Both the position numbers and the translations under genes were made by a program. Below the pieces are notes generated by a model. That model was not told the origin of the DNA. It saw only the letters and a list, made by a program, of their open reading frames with translations, and made no database searches. From Ostreococcus lucimarinus (lineage: Eukaryota): a stretch of DNA of 64,000 nucleotides. Positions 57,370 to 64,000 of this stretch are shown piece after piece; position 1 is the stretch's first letter; every line of letters starts with the position of its first letter. The DNA lies in NCBI GenBank assembly GCA_000092065.1, contig CP000599.1. One strand, written 5' to 3'.

Positions 57370-57498
57370 CCTCGCGCCGCGCGCGGCCGCGGCGTCGGCG
57401 CGACGTCGCACTCGCGCGCGCGCTCGACGCCCGACCGCCGCTCTCGCGCGCGCGCGCCGAATCCGCGCCCTCGCCGAATCCGCGCGCGCTCGCGAGCG

Positions 57499-59328
57499 AT
57501 GGCGACGCCGCGCGCGGCGGCGGCGGCGGTGGCGGCGCGACCGTCGACGCCGCGCCGACGCGCGCGCGCGCGCGCGGGCGACGGGCGACACCTCGACGCG
57601 ACGGCGGACGCGGTGCGCGCGGCGGGCGTCGCGGCGCGGCGCGCGGCGCCGCGAACGGGACGCGCGGAGGACGGGGAGGAGGACGCGCGGGGGCGACGCG
57701 CGGTGTACGTGGAGACGTACGGGTGCCAGATGAACGTGAACGACTCGGAGGTGATGATGGCGGTGCTCGAGGGCGCGGGGTACGACGAGACGAAGGAGGT
57801 GAACGACGCGGACGTGATTCTGATCAACACGTGCGCGATTCGGGATAAGGCGGAGGCGAAAATTTGGCAGCGGTTGGCGTACTTTCGATCGCTGGGGAAC
57901 GGGAAGAAACGGAGCGAAAAGCCGGTGGTGGGCGTGCTGGGATGCATGGCGGAGAGGATCAAGGAGAAGTTGTTGGAGGCGGATAGGCTGGCGGACATCG
58001 TGGCGGGACCGGACGCGTATAGGGATTTGCCGAATCTCATCGACGCCGTCGTCGGGAATCCGGGAGGGAAGGCGATGAACGTGCAGTTGAGCGTGGAGGA
58101 GACGTACGCGGACATCATTCCCGTGCGCGAGGCGGGGTCGCACTCGGCTTTTGTCACCATCATGCGCGGGTGCGACAACGCGTGCGCGTTTTGCATCGTG
58201 CCGTACACGCGCGGACGCGAGCGCTCGCGCGATTTGGCGAGCATCATGTACGAGATTCGTCTTTTGAGCGAACAAGGGGTGAAAGAGGTCACTTTGCTCG
58301 GGCAAAACGTGAACTCGTACGCGGGAGAGCCCGCGAGCGCGACGACGACGGATTTCTTGAGCTCACTGCGAGGCGAATCCAAAGACCCGATCGCCGAGCT
58401 CGCGAACGCGTCGACGGAACGTTTGGCGAGCGCGAGCGGTAGCGCGTTCGTCGGCTACGCCGATGGCTTCGCGAGTCGGTACGATCCCGAGCGCAAGCGA
58501 GCGGGGACGATTCAATTCGCCGAGTTGCTCGATAAAGTCGCGAGCGTGGATCCCGAGATGCGCATTCGTTTCACGTCGCCGCACCCGAAGGATTTCCCCG
58601 ACGACGTCTTGCGAGTGATTCGCGATCGACCCAACGTGTCGAAGTGCTTGCACATGCCCGCGCAGAGCGGGTCGTCGGCTACCTTGGAGCGCATGGCGCG
58701 TGGGTACACGCGCGAGTCTTACTTTGCCCTCATCGATCGCGTCAAGGCGATGATTCCGGGGTGCGCCATCACCACGGATATCATCAGCGGCTTTTGCGGC
58801 GAGACCGAGGACGATCACGAGGACACCGTGAGTTTGATGAGCGCGATCGGATACGAACAAGCGTTCATGTTCGCTTACAGCGAACGCGAGGGCACGGCGG
58901 GGCAAAGACACCAAATCGACGACGTCCCCGAAGACGTGAAGCAGCGGCGTCTGCAGGAAGTCATCGACGCCTTTCGAGCGCGCGCGGCGGAGAAGCAACA
59001 GATGGAGATCGGTTCCACGCATTGCGTGTTGGTGGAGGGTCCGAGTAAGAAAAACTCCGACGAGTGGACGGGGAAGACGGACACATCGAAGTGGGTGGTG
59101 TTCGAAAAGAATGATGCCATCGGCAAGTACGCCGGCGACGAAGACGCGCCGACGAGCGGGTCGTACGGCGTCAAGCCTGGAGATTACGTCGCCGTTCGCG
59201 TCACTGGGTGCAGTACGGGGACGTTATTTGGTCAAGTTCTCGGTAAGACGAGTTTGGTAGAGTTTCAAAACTTGCACGGCGCGCAGTGGACGACGCCAAA
59301 GTCGAGCAACGGCGCGAGCGCGCGTTGA
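57499..59328 (+). CDS. CDK5RAP1: Radical-SAM tRNA methylthiotransferase (MiaB / CDK5RAP1-like)
   Basis: UPF0004 domain VYVETYGCQMNVNDSE...ILINTCAIRDKAE, radical-SAM cluster GCDNACAFCIVPYTRGRERSR, and a C-terminal TRAM-like domain. Start MATPRAA at 57499. Confidence 0.9.
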   Translation: MATPRAAAAAVAARPSTPRRRARARAGDGRHLDATADAVRAAGVAARRAAPRTGRAEDGEEDARGRRAVYVETYGCQMNVNDSEVMMAVLEGAGYDETKEVNDADVILINTCAIRDKAEAKIWQRLAYFRSLGNGKKRSEKPVVGVLGCMAERIKEKLLEADRLADIVAGPDAYRDLPNLIDAVVGNPGGKAMNVQLSVEETYADIIPVREAGSHSAFVTIMRGCDNACAFCIVPYTRGRERSRDLASIMYEIRLLSEQGVKEVTLLGQNVNSYAGEPASATTTDFLSSLRGESKDPIAELANASTERLASASGSAFVGYADGFASRYDPERKRAGTIQFAELLDKVASVDPEMRIRFTSPHPKDFPDDVLRVIRDRPNVSKCLHMPAQSGSSATLERMARGYTRESYFALIDRVKAMIPGCAITTDIISGFCGETEDDHEDTVSLMSAIGYEQAFMFAYSEREGTAGQRHQIDDVPEDVKQRRLQEVIDAFRARAAEKQQMEIGSTHCVLVEGPSKKNSDEWTGKTDTSKWVVFEKNDAIGKYAGDEDAPTSGSYGVKPGDYVAVRVTGCSTGTLFGQVLGKTSLVEFQNLHGAQWTTPKSSNGASAR

Positions 59329-59337
59329 CGCGAGCGA

Positions 59338-59342
59338 TGTAA
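59338..59342 (+). terminator. TGTAA candidate poly(A) signal for the MiaB-like gene
   Basis: cgatgtaaaatt, 10 nt after the stop. Confidence 0.35.
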
Positions 59343-59366
59343 AATTACACACAATCTAATCATTAT

Positions 59367-61283
59367 TCATCTTTCGTCGACGACCGATTCTTCTTCCGCT
59401 TCATCCTTCGCCCGCACGTATCGTCTCTTCAAGCCGAGCGCCAACGCGACGTCTTCCGCGACGTCTTCTGCTCGAGTGTCCACGACGCACGTGACGTAAA
59501 ACGGTCCCTCCTGCCCCGTGCGCGCCGTGCGTCCGCATCGGTGCACGTGCATCTCCATGGACGGCGCCGCGCCGTACTGCACGACGTGATGTAATTGCGG
59601 AAAATCGATTCCACGCGCCGCGAGATCGGTGCACACGCACGTGGTGAGCTCACCGGAGATGAAATCGTCGAGGACGACGCCGCGCTCCTTCGCCTTGCCG
59701 TGAAACGCGAGCGCGACGACGTCGCGCTCGTCGAGTTTTTGCACGACTTCATCCGCCTCTTCGGGAGAGTTGACGAAGATGAGCGTTTTGTACTGTTTGT
59801 GCCGTTCGAGCGCGTCGGCCAAGGCGGCGAATTTCGCCTCGGCACCGTCGACGTCGTCCACGCGCGTCTTGAGCTGCGGATGCACGCGACCGAATTGCGC
59901 CGTCGAGATCCACTCGAATTCGTCCGCCGCTTCCGCCGGAAATGCGTCGAGCAGAGGCTGCGCCTCGCGCATCGTAGCCGCGGCGAAAACGTACTGCACG
60001 CGCGCGTCGAATCGATTGACCCCACCCTCGCCGTACGTCGCGGCGATGATACCGCCGACGTCGCGAGCGAAACCGCTCGACAACATTTCATCCGCCTCGT
60101 CCACGACGACGTGACGCAAACGACCGAGCAACACCCACTCGTCTTTGATGAGTTTCAGCAAGCGCGCGGGCGTGCACACGAGGATATCGGCGTTGCGAAA
60201 TTCCGGAATCGCCTCCTCGTCTCCCGCGAGCTTCGACTTGTCCGCCGACGTGGATTTCGTCTTTTTCGCTTTGCCCGTCTTGGCGCCGCCCTTGGATTTC
60301 GGTCTCACCAACTTCTTCTCCTTCCCGAGCAGCGCGAACACGCTCGGCGTCGGCACGTCCGCGCTCGCGCTGCTCCAATACGCCGCGAGTTCGGCGGCGT
60401 GCGCGACCTGTCTCCCCAGCTCCACGCTCGGCGTCAACGCGACGCACGCGGGACAACATCGTCCGCTTCGCTTCGTCCCTTTCCTCCCCGGCGTCGTCAT
60501 CGACGCCAATATCGGCAGCAGGTACGCGAACGTCTTCCCCGACCCCGTCTCCGCGAGCAACACCGCGGACTTCCCCCGAACGAGCTCCGGAATCGCCAAT
60601 CGCTGAATCTCCGTCGTCCGCCGCAACCCGGCGTCTCGCGCGTTCGCCGCCAATCCCGCCGGCAATCCCGCCCTCTCGAGCGCGTTCGCCCCCCCCGAAT
60701 CCCCATTCGCGCCCTCTCGCGCCTCTCTCTCCGCGCGCCGCGCGTCCCTCGCCCTTCTCGCCGCCTCCCACGGCCGTTCCGTCCCTCGCTTATACGCCGT
60801 CGCCGCCTTTCCCGAATCCGCCCTCGTCGTCTCCGACCCCCCGTCTCGCCGTCGAATCCTCCCATCCACCGCCCGCGCGTCGACGTCCTCCCCCATCATT
60901 CGCGCCCATCCGCTCAGGCCCTCGTCCTCGCCCCAGTACGCGTCTCGCGCGCGCGTCGCGTCGCCTCTTCTCGTCGCGTCGCGTCGTCGCGTCGCCCTCG
61001 CGAGCGCCGCCGCGCTCGCCGCGCGAAATCCCGCCTCGTCGTCGTCGTCGTCGCTTCGGCGCGCGTTTGAGTCGCGCGTCAATCGCGCGTATTTCGCGTC
61101 GTTCGTCGACGCCCACGAGCGCGCGCGCGGCCGTCGCGCGTCGAGGGCGTCGTCGCCGTCGCGCGTCGAGCCGGCGGCGGCGACGACTCGTCGCGTCGTG
61201 TTCGCGTCCGCGCGCCGCGACGCGACGGGAAAACGACGCGACGACGCGACGGGCGTCGCGCGCGGCGCGAATCGCGCGGGCAT
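59367..61283 (-). CDS. DEAD-box ATP-dependent RNA helicase with organelle-type presequence
   Basis: Q motif TEIQRLAIP, motif I AETGSGKT, motif II VVDEAD, motif III AAT (SAT variant), motif VI HRCGRTAR. Confidence 0.9.
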   Translation of the reverse strand: MPARFAPRATPVASSRRFPVASRRADANTTRRVVAAAGSTRDGDDALDARRPRARSWASTNDAKYARLTRDSNARRSDDDDDEAGFRAASAAALARATRRRDATRRGDATRARDAYWGEDEGLSGWARMMGEDVDARAVDGRIRRRDGGSETTRADSGKAATAYKRGTERPWEAARRARDARRAEREAREGANGDSGGANALERAGLPAGLAANARDAGLRRTTEIQRLAIPELVRGKSAVLLAETGSGKTFAYLLPILASMTTPGRKGTKRSGRCCPACVALTPSVELGRQVAHAAELAAYWSSASADVPTPSVFALLGKEKKLVRPKSKGGAKTGKAKKTKSTSADKSKLAGDEEAIPEFRNADILVCTPARLLKLIKDEWVLLGRLRHVVVDEADEMLSSGFARDVGGIIAATYGEGGVNRFDARVQYVFAAATMREAQPLLDAFPAEAADEFEWISTAQFGRVHPQLKTRVDDVDGAEAKFAALADALERHKQYKTLIFVNSPEEADEVVQKLDERDVVALAFHGKAKERGVVLDDFISGELTTCVCTDLAARGIDFPQLHHVVQYGAAPSMEMHVHRCGRTARTGQEGPFYVTCVVDTRAEDVAEDVALALGLKRRYVRAKDEAEEESVVDER

Positions 61284-61351
61284 CGCGCGCTCGACGCGCG
61301 CGCGGGAGCGCGGTCGCGAGGTCGGCGCGGCGCGCGACCGATTCGATGCGA

Positions 61352-61452
61352 TACTCCATCATGGGGTTAAAATATATTTATATATGTACTGGTTCGTCTA
61401 TGGGTTTGTGTGTATTTATATATGTACCGTATGTCCGATGTGTATATTTATG
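61352..61452. promoter_or_regulatory. AT island between divergent DEAD-helicase and bL19 genes
   Basis: ggggttaaaatatatttatatatgtactggttcgtctatgggtttgtgtgtatttatatatgtaccgtatgtccgatgtgtatatttatgtatag. It contains two TGTAC cores and the 14-mer ACCGTATGTCCGAT (61416-61429). Confidence 0.4.
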
Positions 61453-61630
61453 TATAGACGCACACACGACGCCATTCGAGGGTTTCGCGCTGTGCGACGC
61501 GCGACCGCACCTCGCGACGCGACGCGCGACGACGAACGACGCGTCGCGAAACGCGCGCGCACGTTTATTTACCGCCGCTCGACGCGACCGCCGAAGCTCG
61601 CTCGACGCGACCGCGACGCACACGCGGACG

Positions 61631-62542
61631 ATGATGACGACGACGACGACGACGCCGGCGCGCGCGACGGCGACGCGGGCGACGCTCGCCGCGCGACGCG
61701 CGACGTCGATTCGCGGCGCGCGATGCGCGCGACCGACGCACACTGCGACGCTTCAACGCTCAACGCGTCGAGCGCGCGTCGAGATCGCGTGCAGCGCGAC
61801 GAAGACGGCGCACTCGTACAGCCACACGAACAAGAAGGGTTTGTCGGCGTACGTCGAGCGCGCGAGCGCGCGACAGACGAAGCGCGATCTGATCCCGTTC
61901 CGAGTCGGGATGACGCTGAGGGTGGGCGTGACGGTGAAAGAAGGGAATAAGACGCGGGTGCAACCCTTCGAGGGGGTGGTGATCGGGATTCACCGCGCGG
62001 GCGTGGCGACGACGGTGACGGTGCGGAAAACCTTGCAGGGGTTCGGCGTGGAGCGAGTGTTTCCGGTGCACTCGCCGTTGTGCACGTTCGAGGAGGTTCG
62101 CGGCGCGGGTAAACCGGTGGTACGTATTTTATTGAGCGTCGACGCGGGCGCGACGGCGCGACGGCGCGACGCGGGACGCGCGAGGACGCGAGACGCGACG
62201 CGCGCGGATAACCCTCGAGCCGCGCGACGCGGACGACTGACCTCGAGCGATCTCTTCTTCATTTTCTCCGCGCAGGTTCGTCGCGCGAAATTATTCTACC
62301 TCCGCCGATTGGTGGGCAAACAAGCGCGCCTGAAGACGCGCTTCGTGTCCAAGCGCGAGGGCAAGACGAGACACGAGATCAAGATGGAAGCCATGCGCGC
62401 CGAGGACGCGCGTCTGCAAGCCGTCGCCGACGCCGAAGCCGCCGCCGCCGCCGCCGCCGCCGAGGCCGCCGCCGCCGCCGAGGCCGCCGCCGCCGAGGCC
62501 GCCGCCGCCGAGGCCGCGTCTTCGGAGGAACCCGCGGAGTAG
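61631..62542 (+). CDS. RPL19: Organellar ribosomal protein bL19, two exons (61631..62119 and 62276..62542)
   Basis: FRVGMTLRVGVTVKEGNKTRVQPFEGVVIGIHRAGVATTVTVRKTLQGFGVERVFPVHSPL...GAGKPV|VRRAKLFYLRRLVGKQARLK. It has a Thr/Arg/Ala presequence (MMTTTTTT...) and an Ala/Glu-rich tail. Confidence 0.9.
   Translation: MMTTTTTTPARATATRATLAARRATSIRGARCARPTHTATLQRSTRRARVEIACSATKTAHSYSHTNKKGLSAYVERASARQTKRDLIPFRVGMTLRVGVTVKEGNKTRVQPFEGVVIGIHRAGVATTVTVRKTLQGFGVERVFPVHSPLCTFEEVRGAGKPVVRILLSVDAGATARRRDAGRARTRDATRADNPRAARRGRLTSSDLFFIFSAQVRRAKLFYLRRLVGKQARLKTRFVSKREGKTRHEIKMEAMRAEDARLQAVADAEAAAAAAAAEAAAAAEAAAAEAAAAEAASSEEPAE
62120..62275 (+). other. Spliceosomal intron (156 nt, in-frame and stop-free) in bL19
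   Basis: GTG|GTACGT donor, GACGACTGACC branch at 62231-62241, a pyrimidine-rich stretch, then CCGCGCAG acceptor ending at 62275. Confidence 0.85.
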
Positions 62543-62753
62543 AGCTTTTAACGCATCGATTCATCACCACGAACGCGTCTTCGCCTCGACGCCCGGCGCC
62601 CGGCGCCGCGCCCCCCCCGGTCACCCTCGCGTCGTCGCGATATCCCTCTTTCACCACCCCGAATACGTACTCAAACCTCATATTTTACCCAACTGTAAAC
62701 CTAACGAATCCCACTCGCCGCGCCATCGCGCCGCACTCCGCGACGCGCGCGCC

Positions 62754-63355
62754 ATGGCCGCCACGATCACGCTCCGCTCGTCCGACGACGAGACCTTCGA
62801 GGTCGACGAGGACGTCGCTTTGTGCGTGCCCGCGCGTGTCGCGACGCGCGAATCGCGACGCGCGAATCGCGACGAAGGAATCGCGTCGAACGATTCGAAA
62901 CCTCGACGACCGACGACCGACGACCGAGGACTGACGAGACGCGACGACGACGCGCGCGCGACGACAGCCTGTCGGAGACGATTAAATCCATCATCGAGGA
63001 CACGGAGAACGACGCGCCGGTGCCGCTGCCGAACGTGAACTCGAAGATTTTGACCAAGGTGATCGAGTACTGCAAGTATCACGTCAAGGCGAAGAAGGAG
63101 AACGAATCCGAGGCGAACGTGAAGGCGTTCAACAACGATTTCGTCAAGGTGGACCAGGCGACGCTGTTTGAAATCATTCTGGCGGCGAATTACTTGAACA
63201 TGAAGGGGCTGCTGGACTTGACGTGCATGACGGTGGCGAACATGATGAAGGGGAAGACGCCGGAGGAGATTCGTAAGACGTTTAACATCAAGAATGATTT
63301 CACGCCCGAGGAGGAAGAGGAGGTTAGGAAGGAAAATCAATGGGCGTTCGATTAA
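62754..63355 (+). CDS. SKP1: SCF ubiquitin-ligase subunit SKP1, two exons (62754..62821 and 62968..63355)
   Basis: [23 protein letters not shown]|[38 protein letters not shown]...[44 protein letters not shown]. The joined length is 456 nt. Confidence 0.93.
62822..62967 (+). other. Spliceosomal intron (146 nt) in SKP1
   Basis: TT|GTGCGTGCCC donor, GAGGACTGACGAG branch at 62926-62938, CGACGACAG acceptor ending at 62967. Confidence 0.85.
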
Positions 63356-63512
63356 TCGACGGTGACGACGAGACGAGACGAGACGACGAACGACGAACGA
63401 CGAGACGAGACGACGAGACTCGAAAAATTTACTGTATCATGAACAACACGATTAGCTAGCGATGACGATGAGAATACGACGACGAAAGAAAACGCATCTT
63501 CAAAACGCCGCG

Positions 63513-64000
63513 TCACAAGTACTCGTTCGCCTTCATCTCCGCGAGCTCGGGTAAGGACACTTCGATCTCGATTTCTTCCTCCTCGCCCTTGGCCGCGAAC
63601 GACGACGTCTTGATCGTCCACGGTCCGCGGGGCTTGCGAACCTCGGTCAAGTCACCGTTTTCGCCCGCGGGCGCGCATTCGAATCCTTCGTCGCGTCGCG
63701 CCAATTGCGCGACGGCTTTCATCGCGAGTTCGAACGCCTGAAGCTCGATGATCGCCGGTCGGGAAATCTCGAGATTGTCGCCGGATTCCTCGTCTAGGGC
63801 GATTTTAAAGAATAGCGGCCACAACACGCCGCCGACTTCACCCTCCGCCGCGACTAACGGCCAATCGTGCGCGTCGCGCGCGTCTAAATCCTCGAAAGGC
63901 GTCTCCACAGCGCTCGAAAACATGCACGTCTGCCCCTCCAAGCTCGGCTCGACGTCCTCGTTCCCGTGCTCGACCTCAAACGCCACCTGCGCATCCTTCA
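63513..64000 (-). CDS. Hypothetical acidic protein, 5' end outside the window
   Basis: The frame stays open to the right edge, and the ORF-track start 63986 is GTG. The composition is coding-like (WPLFFKIALDEESGDNLEISRPAIIELQAFELAMK...). Stop at 63513. Confidence 0.55.
   Translation of the reverse strand, partial: KDAQVAFEVEHGNEDVEPSLEGQTCMFSSAVETPFEDLDARDAHDWPLVAAEGEVGGVLWPLFFKIALDEESGDNLEISRPAIIELQAFELAMKAVAQLARRDEGFECAPAGENGDLTEVRKPRGPWTIKTSSFAAKGEEEEIEIEVSLPELAEMKANEYL

Noticed and set aside
56676-57848. ORF translating the 75-bp minisatellite as (NDANRASDTAFTRSNAYISTLIRAI)x3, and its antisense partner 57095..57334.
   Set aside because: The flanks are Arg-rich GC noise. The ORF overlaps the end of the DUF285 gene and the start of the MiaB-like gene in other frames. 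Openness in both strands follows from the unit length being a multiple of three.

Overview
This window looks like nuclear DNA from a very GC- and CpG-rich, extremely gene-dense green alga. My best guess is a Mamiellophyceae (Micromonas-like) genome. The guess rests on eukaryotic housekeeping genes (SKP1, MED31, LEO1, alpha-SNAP, BLOS2), plastid-type genes (AGPase, transit-peptide Cu/Zn-SOD, lumenal pentapeptide protein), a flagellar CFAP77-like gene, plant-type TTTAGGG repeats and TGTAA-type poly(A) signals. I call about 40 protein-coding genes on both strands, roughly one per 1.6 kb. I found no rRNA or tRNA genes, no transposase, RT or integrase, and no CRISPR array. Most of the other long ORFs in the track are Arg/Ala/Ser/Pro-rich shadow frames produced by the GC bias. 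At least seven genes (possibly nine) contain short GC-rich spliceosomal introns with a uniform signature: GTGCG-type donor, CGACTGAC-type branch point and (G/C)CAG acceptor. The ORF track reads through or breaks at these introns. Splicing them restores the conserved termini of alpha-SNAP, Cu/Zn-SOD, bL19, SKP1, a USP, a CBS protein and IBA57. The observations most worth follow-up are listed here.
- A divergent P3A-like P-type ATPase is fused in one ORF to a C-terminal class-I SAM methyltransferase.
- A catalytically dead GATase1-like domain is fused to BLOS2.
- Cu/Zn-SOD and its copper chaperone CCS sit head-to-head around an AT island that carries a 14-nt perfect palindrome.
- A recurring class of CGTAT/GTAC-rich AT islands sits at divergent gene junctions, and two of them share an exact 14-mer.
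- A perfect 75-bp x3 minisatellite lies upstream of the CDK5RAP1/MiaB-like gene.
- A (TTTAGGG)3 interstitial telomere or telo-box array lies in a promoter.
- The ammonium transporter may have a 4-nt first coding exon (ATGG).
All functional calls rest on motif recognition by eye. No database search was run.
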